Assembly: GCF_000315625.1 (NCBI RefSeq)
Contig: NW_005434671.1
Span: forward strand, 711,068-775,067
DNA: 64,000 bases
DNA from: Guillardia theta CCMP2712
Lineage: Eukaryota > Protista > Cryptophyta
Direction: 5' to 3'
The notes under the pieces are model-generated. The model did no database searches. It saw only the letters and a program-made list of their open reading frames with translations, and was not told the DNA's origin. Position numbers and translations under genes: made by a program. Positions 1 through 11,170 of this stretch are shown in pieces. The stretch's first letter is position 1. Each line of letters begins with the position of its first letter.

Positions 1-60
1 GAAGGTGGATGGGAGGAGGGATGGGAAGGTGGATGGGAGGAGGGATGGGAAGGTGGAAGG
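1..60 (+). repeat. 24-bp purine-rich tandem repeat (ggaaggtggatgggaggagggatg), about 2.5 copies
   Basis: Directly visible at the window start. Confidence 0.7.
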
Positions 61-342
61 TTCTTGACTGTTTCGTCTGCCCTGCACAACCAGCTCTTCC
101 ACCTGAAGATGAAGACATGATGGCTCGGTCTGCCGCGAACTTGTTCTGTGGAGCGTTTTTCCCTCCAAGAGCGTGTCTAATCTGGAGATGGCCATGGAGC
201 AACATCGCGGATAGTTTTTTGAGTTCCACATGCATATGTATTGATTACATGTACGTTCAAGCGAAATGATCCCATCGATCGGTGAAGCAAGATGCTTGCA
301 GTACTTCTTTCATAAAACGAATATCATATGAGGTGACATCTC

Positions 343-1466
343 TTAAACATACTGGTTGGTGAGAGCCTCAGTCTCCTCGCTCTCCTCAACTCCGAAAGAA
401 TCTGCTCACGAGCCAGGTCAAAATCCTTCCTCCCCTCCAACACACGTCTGACCGTAGTTGAGCAAGAAGTAGAGGCCGAAGCCGACAGTGGCAATGAGGT
501 CGGTGACACAGGCGATGCCAACCTGGAGCAACTTTCACAACGAGCAAGGCTCTCGGAGCAAGAGGACGCTCACCTCCTGGGAGAGGCCGAGCGCAGCCGT
601 TCCTTCCGATCCGAGGAGCCAGAGGATGGGGAAAACTCCGGTAGCGAACATGGTGATGTAGATCAACATCTGCTGGGCGGTCACATCAAGTGCAAGGAAG
701 GTGTGAGACAGACCTTGGAGTTGTCGGTGGCATACTCGGAAGAGAGGATGCTTGCAAGCTGAACGATGACGAGCACAGCGAAGATGAAGCTCAGGAACCA
801 CCACATGTACTTGTGAGATCCGACAGACACGGACCCGATCCAGCCAGCCATGAACATCACGAGGTCGTAGCCAACAAGAGCGATCATTTGAGCGTTGTCA
901 AGCTTGAACACAATCGAGATGTCGACGAGCACAAGCTGCACGATTGAGGAGAAAGACAGTCAGAGCTCATGAGGTAAGTGCAAGCGACGTACAGGATAAG
1001 TGATGAGGTGACCAAGATATCTCCCCCAGAAGATCACGCGGGGTGTTGTGTCAGAGGTCTTGTAGGTGACTCCTAGGCCGCTCCACATGGAGTAGTAGGC
1101 GATGGCTCCTGAGCAGGTGAGCAAGAAGGTGACCTGCAGTTAGAGAAGTTCAGCTGAGCTGTGGCGGCAGGAACAAACTTCACCGCATGGCTGAGGGACG
1201 TCTTCTCTCTCATGTAGTTCAAGGCGTAGAAGCAGATAGCTCCAATGAACCTAGCACACCCCGTCAGCACCTGCACATGCCGCGCGAGCACTTCATCACA
1301 TTCCAATCGCCCCCAACAAGAGGAAATGCTTCACAGAGTTGGGATAGTCTTCAGGGAACGAGACTGCGCCAGCTCCTGAGTCGGTCTGGTTTCCGCCAGC
1401 CGCGGCAGTGCCGTTGCTCTGGAGAATCTCTAGAAACAGCTGAGGCATGTTCACTCTGTGATTCAT
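343..1466 (-). CDS. Microbial (type-1) rhodopsin-like 7TM protein lacking the Schiff-base lysine (Rh-noK); 7 exons, about 265-270 aa
   Basis: Manual splicing at GT-AG introns gives MNHRVNMPQ...LLLGAIGMFIGAICFYALNY...VIFWGRYLGHLITYPLVLVDI (helix C), VGYDLVMFMAGWIG (helix D), KYMWWFLSFIF (helix E), VFPILWLLGSEG (helix F; bacteriorhodopsin YPVVWLIGSEG), VTDLIATVGFGLYFL (helix G; BR DVSAKVGFG). Stop TAA at 343-345. Confidence 0.9.
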
Positions 1467-2243
1467 CTGCGTTGAGAGCAACAGTCAGACCGAGCATGCA
1501 ATCATACCATCCTCTATCAACAAAAGCCCGTCTGCTCTCTGATCCTCAGTGAAAGCAAACTGCAGGATCTTACTGTGACATCAGCGTTCTACAGTGCCTA
1601 ACGTGAGCTCGAACATGCATCTGGCGGACTAGGAGAGGACATCATGGGAAGGTTGAAGATGGTCAGGAATAGAAGACGAGGAGACAGGAACGCAGAATGA
1701 AGTCTCAACCCAAGGACCTGGTTAAGACTCCAAGGCTACTCCAGCTATATAACGAGGTTCCGTTCCAGTGGAGCGAACAAACATCAAGGAGAAAGATGAA
1801 GTGGATGGGATAGATGATGGGCGAGGCAGAGAAGAACGACAGAGGGGGGTAAAACGAAGACAGGCACGGGGGGACTGAGGTACGAAGCTGGAACGATGAG
1901 ACCACGAGGAGCATGTGTGAAGGGCAGGGAGACGGGGAGAGAGGTATGCCCGAGGATCCAGAGACAAGGTAATGAAGAAGTGAGGCAGGAGAAGGGAAGG
2001 GAGACAGGATGAGATCCTCCATAGAGCATGCGCGACCCGATAGGATCCATCGCCATAAAATGGTATGAGTTCGCTCCCCCAAAATAGATCGAGTATCCGT
2101 TACAAACAGTTTTCTTTTTCAAGACCGTTTCTTGATTTGTGAAGCCGTTGCACAGGCACTCTCCGTTACGTGCCGTTGAAACTTGATTCCAGCAGGATGG
2201 CAGGCAAGAGGCGGGGAGAGGGGAGAAGGTGAGGTAGCGCGAC

Positions 2244-2317
2244 GATGAGAAGACGAGAGCAGGAGCAGGAGAGGAAGAGAGATGAGAAGACGAGAGCAGG
2301 AGCAGGAGAGGAAGAGA
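2244..2317 (+). repeat. 37-bp tandem duplication in the divergent intergenic region
   Basis: gatgagaagacgagagcaggagcaggagaggaagaga occurs at 2244 and 2281. Confidence 0.8.
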
Positions 2318-2501
2318 GATGGAGAGGACGAGTGATGGTGCCCTAGTCATCGTGTGGGTGACTGACACTTGAGGCTGTTTGCCCTCACCTGCACCCGAAG
2401 AAACTCCAAACCGGAATAGTTTTGACTTGCTGTACTGGACGAACAAGACGCGAGGAGAATAGGAGGTTGATTGCGCCCATAGCTCTCTCCATAGGAAGAA
2501 A

Positions 2502-4835
2502 ATGAATGACGAGGAACGAGCCAGGAAGCTCGAGGAAGGCAAGAAGAAACTCCAGAAGTAAGTGTCCATGCATATTCAACTTGAATTCCCAAATCGTTCT
2601 TGACCATTAATTTGCAACAAATCAGATTTAGAGCAAAATCCAAGCAATTCAAGTCAGTGGATAAGACGTCTGTACCTTTGGAAACAAGGAACAATGCTAG
2701 CAGCGAAGTGGATGTTTCTGTGGGAGATGGACGGCCAGTAAATGAGTCCAATGGTCACGACAATCATCCCTCAGAACGCAAGGCACAGACTTCTGCAAGT
2801 GCAGGATCTTCACAAGCTGTCGAGGATGACATCAGTCTCGCCGGAAGTAGCAAGCCTGGAACTGTCCTTCACTGGCTTGCGGAGAGAAATAAGCGGATGA
2901 AGGTCGTCGCTGCTGCTACTGCAGAGTTGGAGCAAGCTGTTATTGGGCTCACATGTGATCCAAGACTGTCAGCATCGCAGACTTCCTCTGTGAAACGAGT
3001 GAACATGAACTCCCTGATGCGAACAGCACATGACTTGGTCTTGAGGGTTCAATGTTGTAACGTGTCCCCGGCAACAACTGTGAAGGAGGAAGATGAATTT
3101 CCTTTTGTTGCAGATGTTCTTGCAGACCTGCGAAAGCTAAACTCATCATTGTCCAAGATGTCCAGAGAAATCGAGCCAGTACCAAAGGGAGTGAATGGCA
3201 GTGACGATCAAGTAGATTCTCTCACTAACGGTGAAAACCCTCCTCATTCAGGTCCTGAGGGACCCTCGCCAAATCAAAGCACGAAATTCGAAAACTCTTT
3301 GGCAGACTTTCTGAATTCTTCTAGAGAGACCGAAGTTCCTTCAGATCTACCAAAGTAAGTGGTTTTTGTGTTACATTCAATCTGCTCTGACGAAAACGCA
3401 GGAAAAGTACTGAATTCCCACCAATATTCTTGGACAACTTGAGAGACATCGGTGGCTTTTCAGAAAGCAAGGCCTCAGATCAATTATCGGCTTCAGAAAT
3501 ACGACTTTTGACACAGCAAAGGAAGGAAGAGCCGCTGAATGACACCATCTCAACAAGCAACTCGCACCCAAAGTCGAACTCGGGCTCGGGTTTTCAAAAA
3601 TCCTACAAGGACTATGACACGGTGAACCAGCTTACTTGGGAGAATACGTCTCTCCAACGTAGAGTTGAAGTTCAAGCCAGTGCTTTGATCGAACTGTCAG
3701 TGGAGAAAGAAAAGTGGATGGGTGAGAAATACAAATTGATAGACGAACAGGTGCGGAGTCATTCTGGTGTTTGAAGATTGAGAATTTTGACTGGTGTACA
3801 GGAGAAAGCTCGGAAGAGGATTAAGTTGCTTCTCGAAGAAAAAGAAGAGTTGAAGTTGTCGCTGCAAAGGGTCATTGAGGGACTCGTGACTGAGAATCAA
3901 TTTCTTTCGCAAGTCGCGTCCGTCCGGCATGACCCCAATCTTCAAGACACAACAACCAGGAAAGCTGAGGAACACACTATGCTCGAGACTCAATCTACGT
4001 CATCTACTCACCTTTTGGGATCACAATCTGTACCGAACAGGCCGCTCGAGAACCACTCTGCGGAAGAAACTCCGCATGTTTCGGACCACACAGAAGTGAA
4101 TTCATCGGATTCAAGAGCGTATCCACCAGACCCAAGTGTTGGATTGCCTCACTCCTTACAGAGCGAGGGAAACGATGCTTCGTATCAATCTCTAGACGTG
4201 ACAGCTTTGCACTATGAGGTGACGTCTCCTGCTCTGGAATCAAAGGATAGCATTGCCGAAGAAAAAGCCGAGGATGCGCAAAGACAAATTGAGCATGACT
4301 CGCACCCGCAGGAATCTCAAGGTTCTCAAGGAGGAGAAGGGGGGCGGATAGGAAACCTCAACGCGTCGGAGAGCGTCACGGAATACAACAGGCCCACTCG
4401 GCATGCACCAGATGCAACCGCAGTCGATCACAGCTTGACGTCCCCTGAGCCTGACAACAGGGACCAACCAGCGCACCCAGCAGAGCAGAATCAACACATT
4501 CACCCTCAGGCTGCGGATCACGAGGACTGGAGTGACGCGGTCTTCACCAAAGACAAGTCCTCAGTTCGGAAAGCTCCTCCACCGCGACCGTTTCCCCCGG
4601 AGCTCCTTGCTCACCCTGGTGACAAGGACATTCAGATAGGTAAGCTACATGAGATTGTGGGTGATATCGTGATTCCTACCCAGGTCTTAAACACTTGTTC
4701 AACCCTCCCAAAGCTGCTCCTCCTCCAGCTATCTACTACGTCTTCGATGCGCTCTGGAGCGTGGTCTCACTGCGTCCGGTCAGGACTGCACTGTTCCACA
4801 GCCACAAGGCAGAGATAGACGACGACGAGTGGTAG
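2502..4835 (+). CDS. Coiled-coil protein with a GM130/AKAP9/pericentrin-type N-terminal motif
   Basis: Exon 1 MNDEERARKLEEGKKKLQK|gtaagt splices to FRAKSK. ORFs 2600-3358, 3430-3774 and 3778-4818 join through short introns, with a coiled coil (QLTWENTSLQRRVE...EEKEELKLSLQ). Last exon ends EIDDDEW*. Confidence 0.7.
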
Positions 4836-5109
4836 CCGCAGAGGATGCTTGTACACAAACTTATTCTTTCGCCATCGGTTTATGACACTGACTGATCTCA
4901 ATGAAAAAACTGAGCCTCGGAGAACCATGGTTTTCACTAACGGTCCGATCACTGGCCTCGGCCTCTCCGAGGCTCCGGCGCCGTCGCCGCCCGTCCGGGA
5001 TCGGATCGCCGCCCGCGGTCACACTGACAGTGAGCTTGGGTTCCCGATAGCCGGCCGCTGGCTTCGTCACAAACAGTAGCCCTGGAAGCTCTCGCTGAAC
5101 TCCCGGGTG

Positions 5110-5177
5110 CTAAACCCCTACTACGCTAAACTCCCAGACTAAACCTTGAACCCCTAGCTAAACCCCTCCTAAACCCA
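5110..5177 (+). repeat. Degenerate (C)TAAACCC telomere/telo-box-like repeats upstream of kynureninase
   Basis: taaaccccta...ctaaactccc...ctaaaccttgaacccctagctaaacccctcctaaaccc. Confidence 0.5.
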
Positions 5178-5182
5178 GGATC

Positions 5183-7274
5183 ATGCAGGCGCATAGCAGG
5201 GGGTTGTCGATGGAGCATGCAGCGTTCGAGACGCAGGGGGAGGTGGAGGCATGGCTGAGCGAGGCCGCGAAGTTGGCGGGCAGAGACCTGCTGAGTGAAG
5301 AGCTGGCCAAGTTCCTTGGTGGGACCCGCCATGCTCTCCTTTCATCGCTCTTCTTCATGCTCACTGGCGTGCCGCAGACGAGAACGACAATGTCATCTGC
5401 CGCGAGGACTTCTGCTACCCGACCTCTGACCCCGCCTCTGACCTCTCAACCTCCTGCACGTACATGTGCGGGAACTCCCTGGGGCTGCAGCCTGCAAAGA
5501 CCAAGCAGTACGTGAACGAAGAATTGGACCGATGGGCAAAGCTGGGGGTTCGGGGACATTTCGAAGGGGAAGGGCGACATTGGGCGAAGATTGATGACCT
5601 TCTGCAGTCACCCATGGCCCGTGTGGTTGGAGCTCAGGACAAGGAAATCGCCGTCATGAACGGCCTCACTGCTAACATCCACTTGATGTTCGTCCCCTTC
5701 TACAGACCCACCAAGGAGCGCTACAAAGTCATCATGGAAGCGCAGGCGTTCCCTTCGGATCGCTACATCGTTGAGTCTCAGGTCCTACTATGCAAATGTT
5801 TGAGCGAGAGCTGACGCTGTGCTTTGGTGAAGGTGCGCTTCCATGGGTTCGATCCCCAGGAGGCCATAGTGCTCGTGAGGCCGCGGGAAGGGGAGCATAC
5901 ACTGAGGACTAGTGACATCCTAGACGCGATAGGAAGAGAGGGGGCCCGGACTTGCATGGTTTTCTTTCCTGGGGTGCAGTACTATACTGGGCAGCTGTTT
6001 GACATGAAGACCATCACAGAGAAAGGCCACGAACAGGTCTGTCCAGCGGCTACCTTGCTCCTCCTCCTCCTCCTCCCTCCTGACACTTGGCAGGGCTGCG
6101 TGGTTGGCTTCGACCTCGCCCACGCTGTTGGCAATGTCGAGCTTCATCTCCATGAATGGGAAGTGGATTTTGCGTGCTGGTACGAGCCTTGAGTTGAACA
6201 TCGCCATCATACCGCACTGCGGGGAAGAGCCCGACCTTAGGTGGAGCATCAGGTGTACCTACAAGTACCTCAACGCTGGGCCTGGATCGATTGCCGGAAC
6301 TTTTGTTCATGAAAAGCATGGATCGAACTCGACACTTCCAAGGTTCTTGATCTCAGCCTGCGAGACTTTTTGTCCTCATGAACGTCATTCGAAGGTTTGC
6401 TGGTTGGTGGGGCCACGATGACTCGACGAGATTTGATATGACCAAGCCGTTCAAGGTGAAAGAGCTTGGATGACTTACAGATTTGTAGTCAAAGGTTGAA
6501 CTTCCTTGTCTGCAGGCTGAAGAGGGGGCTCGAGGCTTCCAACTGTCGAATCCTCCCATCCTTCAGGTCGGCTCGTGAGGGAGCGGAGCAGGGCCTTAAC
6601 GGGTTCGAATGTGATCAGTGTGTTTCTTTGATTGCAAGCCTCGAGATCTTTAGCAAGGTGCCTAGCTTGACTTTCTTGGGACCGATTCGGTTGCTTGTTG
6701 ATACCTCGGCAGTGTGGAATGAAAGCACTGAGGTCCAAGTCTGAGATCATGACTGGATACCTCCTCATGTTGTTCAAGCAGAGGCTGCAAGGTAAGTCTT
6801 GCGTTCCTTTCAATTCCATCTCCGAGCTGCCAGATGCTTGACTTTGTCATGTGTTCCAAGGCCATGTAACCTCCATCACCCCCGAGAATCCGCAAGAGCG
6901 GGGATGTCAACTCTCGATCATCTTCGACAAGTACTGTCACCATAGATGATGACGTGTTGTTGTTGAGGATGCAACCAGGCCTGTCAGGATGATGTTTTCT
7001 GCATTGAGCTCTTATGGAGTGGTAGACTCGAAATCATTTCGCATTCAATCTCTTTACAATCTGTTAGGTTTGCGACATGCGGGAACCAGACGTGATCCGG
7101 TTAGCTCCGTGCCCACTCTACAACACCTTTCATGAGGTATATCTACATAATTGCTTTCCTTCTCCTGACCTCAACTTTGCGATCAAACAGGTTTACAAGG
7201 TTGTCGACATGCTTGTCAAGCTTAACGCGATGACTCAAGAGGAACTTGCTGCTCTCATGAGTCCAAGTAGCTAG
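5183..7274 (+). CDS. KYNU: Kynureninase (PLP-dependent), multi-exon
   Basis: Motifs [71 protein letters not shown] (PLP lysine), GWWGH and [17 protein letters not shown]. Confidence 0.95.
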
Positions 7275-7331
7275 CGCTGCATGTATACAAGCACCTCATC
7301 CGCCCTTGAGCGATCTCAACGGCTGATGGCA

Positions 7332-8219
7332 TCAGGATCTCGTTCCCTTCTTGGCCAGGCTGCTCGTCGAGCTCCTCTGAGCCTCCAGCTTCTTCCCCTT
7401 CAGCTCTGAGCGCCCGTGAGCAGTGATAGTTCCCTCCTCGCGCTCTCACCTTGATACTTCTGGCTGTCCACGAAGCCCAAGTACTCGTAGAAGTTGACCG
7501 TGCTGTCATTGTCAAGGTTGCCCTTGAAGAGCTTCGTGAGGAATTCGTTGATGTAATGCTCGTCTATCGTTTTTCCTGCCCGCAGGTACCTGCGAGAACG
7601 CTTCAACGCCCATATCCCGACGATCTCAAGGCCCCCATGGCGGCCTCACATCAACTGAGTCGCCTCATCCACCTGCTCACACGAGAAGAGAGGGTCAACA
7701 TCGATGGGAGTCAGCAGCAGACACGTACGTCGATCCTCCCGTCACAGTTGTAGTCATTCATCTGAACGCCCTGATGTCAGCAAAGCAACCCGACGAGAAT
7801 GCTTTACACCATGAAGTCAACGACGTTGTAGAGAGCTCGAGGCTCCAGCATGGTGTCGTCGGACCTCACCCTCCTGCACCCCCATGAGCGCTTGATACAG
7901 AACTCACACTGACAGGCCCTTTGCTACCTGTACATGAGGACGAACTCATCGTAGGTGACGGTCTTGTCGAGAGTCTCATCCACTTCCCAGATCATCTCTT
8001 CCAGCTCTCCCTTGTGGGGCTCGTACTTCAACTCCCTCATGGACGCTGACAGGTCGTCAATGCAGATTACCCCTGCTGATTATCAATCCTGTTGCTCGTG
8101 CAGTGGCAGCATGGAAAGTCACCATCCTTATTGACGTCCAGGCGTTGGAACACTCTGTTCACCTGCTCGCTCTCCGCCTTGTTCAGCTCCGCAAGTCCCC
8201 GCTGAAGCTTCTTCCACAT
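7332..8219 (-). CDS. EF-hand calcium-binding protein, outer dynein arm docking complex DC3-like
   Basis: Spliced: VFQRLDVNKDGVICIDDL...EEMIWEVDETLDKTVTYDEFVLMYRRVRSDDTMLEPRALYNVVDFM...DNDSTVNFYEY. The MIWEVD and EPRxLxNVV pattern recalls Chlamydomonas ODA-DC3 (from memory). Confidence 0.75.
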
Positions 8220-8677
8220 GCTCGCAACTACAACAGTCAGTTGAATTGTAAAAAGGAGTCAACAAACCTTGTCACAGTTTTAGTTATATTTTGATAGTAG
8301 GAGCCTGATCAATGATCCGACTCCGGCGAGTCGGAGCCTGACTGCGAGGCTCGCCGCCGGGCTGGGGCCGGCCGGGCCGCTTGGTCGTCACTAGTACCGT
8401 CCGGCGGCAGTCCGACACTGTCACTGAGGTTCCGGGACGGCCCGATCACCCCGAGGCTGCCTGAGACCGGGCTGACCGTACGGGACACTGACTCTCAGAG
8501 CTCAGGCTACCGTGAGCGCCGTAGGAGGCAAGGAACGAAAACAGCGGCATTGAATGCGGCTTATGATCAAAGGCGCGATAAGGGGAAACAGCAAGGAAGA
8601 GCGCTTGAATCATGAATCTGAATAGCAAAGACAAGATCTTCATGTCAACTAGTAGTTTTCTTCTTGGCATCTCCGAA

Positions 8678-10058
8678 CTAGTAGTCATACCCAGCATCGT
8701 CTACTGCATGTTCGCCGTTAGCGAACGCTCGCTTGAGCCGCGCCATACATTCCGATCTATCAACGTCGCAGCCCCATCAGAGAGTCGCAAGAGAGGAGAT
8801 GAAGACAAACCTGCTCAACCTTTTCCTGCTTCCTCCAGGCTCTTCATCGTCACTGAAGTATTCGTCCTCTGCATCTCTGCTCATCTGAGGATCATGTTAG
8901 AGGGCAGGAGTCTCCAGATGTCCGCCGACCCACCTGGTCCAGGTCATCAAGATCGTGATCCTGATCGCAAGACGCGTAATCAAAGTATTGAACATCGTGA
9001 CCCTGCACAGGTGGGTCAGCGCGCCATAGCAAACATTGCTCGATACACCTCAAGGAATCTTTCCCTCATGATCTTGTAGAATTCATCTCGCAGGCGCATG
9101 CGATCCTCGGCAGAGACGATCTCCTGCTTTCCTTGGTCCCCTTTGCTGGATGATTGCTCGAGATCCAAATCCTCGTCGCTGTCTTCCTCCTCGCCTGCGA
9201 AAATGCATCAGACCCGCTCGTGAGAGGCTGCGATGGATTATGAACGAACAGACATGCAGAGATCCAGGTACTGCTAGGTTCATGGATTGAGGGTGAAGAG
9301 CTTACAATTTCTTTCGGCGTCTGCCTCCTTTTCGCGCCGAGTGCGATTCATTTTCCTGTCATAGCTGTGGAGGAGAAAGTCGGCTAACGCCTGGGGAAAG
9401 TCAGACATACAGGAGGGGCGGAAAAGAAGTCAGAGGAAGACGATATGTTGAGAGGATGCTGATGAAACAGGCAGAGGTAGGTGCATTGCGGCAGAGAAAG
9501 ATATGCGAGGCGAGAGAAGGGAGAAACGACAAAGAAGAGGTCGACAAAAAACAGGAGTGGAAGGAGGCAGGAAGAGCGAGGGGGGAAACAATAGGGTTCA
9601 ACAACCTGTCCAGACCAAGAAGAATCGCGCCAATCGCCTGGTTTAAGACAATGAGGCACTTCCTCTTTGACTCTGCGCCCGTCCTCATCGACTAGAATAC
9701 AACTGGGTTTGTCGGCGGGAACGATCGTAGAAACACCTTCGCCCTCTTCCATGAATTTTCCAATATGTTCGTGGTAAAGGAGTGGAGCCCTTCTTTCCAT
9801 ATTTCCAAGAGAGAAGTACTCCCCTTCTTCCACGAGCTGGTTCATCTTCTTCAGTCGACGATTCCGAACTGATACGCTCTTTGGCAAGCTCTTGGTTGCA
9901 CTCGACCTAGGTCCATTCAGCTTATCGTCTCCTTCGTTCCTCCTCCGCGCCGACCGTTGTGCTTCCTCACTTGCATCGTTGCAATCGGCCCTCCTGTCTT
10001 CCTCTTCGTCTCTCCCCATCTCTGCATCGCCGCTTTCCACCATCTCGCTATCCGGCAT
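8678..10058 (-). CDS. CCDC97: CCDC97 family protein (DUF2052)
   Basis: VRNRRLKKMNQLVEEGEYFSLGNMERRAPLLYHEHIGKF, then EFYKIMRERFLE...FDYASCDQDHDLDDLDQMSRDAEDEYFSD; ends DDAGYDY*. Confidence 0.85.
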
Positions 10059-11170
10059 CCTTGGCAAACCTCCTACACGGGCAATTAATGTTATTATCAA
10101 CACTTTATGGAAACTCTCATATATTGGGTAAGTTTTACAACTACTTTTAAGACAGCAGTACCTGGTTTGTACCAATCAGTTTTATTTAATTTTACAAGAT
10201 CTGTCTTACTGTACCGGTCATATATACTGCAAAACATCTGTGGGGGGTCATCATATTTACAACTATAAGCAGTATAAGTGGTAAATGTTTTGTAAATCAT
10301 TATACAAATATATTGAAATCTATATTTAGTACTGCATTCACGAACAGTTGCGTTTCAGTCCCCCCGACACTGACTCCTAAAGTTGCCGGGATGACTCCGA
10401 CTCCCTCCGACGCCTTCTTGGACTCCCGGAGTCAGGCCTCGGACTCCCACCTACACACGGACTCGAGTCATCCCACCAGGCCGGGCTGTAACACTCCGAC
10501 TCGTCGGTCCGGCGGCCGGGGAAGGCGGCCCGGGCCTGGCCGCGTGACTGTCAGCCGGGGCAAGGCTCGGACTGAGCGCAGTGACCCAGCGCCGGGTAGC
10601 CGCCGGGTCGGACTGTCCCGGCCCGGTCCGGACCCGGCGCTCCCGGCCACAGCTGAGCGCTTCTTTATATGATCCCGGCCCCTCCGACAGTCGCACTCCC
10701 GGAGTCCCATTCCCGGGCCTCCCGACTCCGTACGGTCGCCGTGACTTCCGCCATACATACTCGACGCTTGAACCTACGGTAACTAGGACCCCAACCAGGC
10801 TCCGAGGCTCCGGATGCTCCGCCTACTCTGGGTGGACGTATCGGGTCGAATTTCGGAACGCGGACTGTGCCCGGTGAGTCACTCGGACGGCGGGCCGAAC
10901 TTCCGAATACCGGCCGCACGAACTCCGAATACCCAGCGGTCTCTGTGACGGTGCTTCATCGGATCAACTCTCTGGCAGTGCAGTCAGGCTCATTGAGGAC
11001 GCGGCCGTCCCGGCCTCCGACTCCATGCGTGAGCCATCATGTCACATCCACCTCTGCCAAGTTGCAACAAGACCGTTTTACTGAAGACCTAGGTTCATGC
11101 AAACGACACCAGAATTGAGCATCACATCAAAGATAGACTGTACGCTAAGGTCTAACTTCTGCGTTTTGTT

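Noticed and set aside
343-1466. Functional anion/cation channelrhodopsin or proton pump
   Set aside because: There is no Schiff-base Lys and no D85 counterion, so light-driven function is unsupported.
10313-11118. Arg/Pro/Gly-rich ORFs in GC islands (also 48545-48833 and 56780-57530)
   Set aside because: Open frames are expected from stop-poor GC-rich DNA; no recognisable domains.
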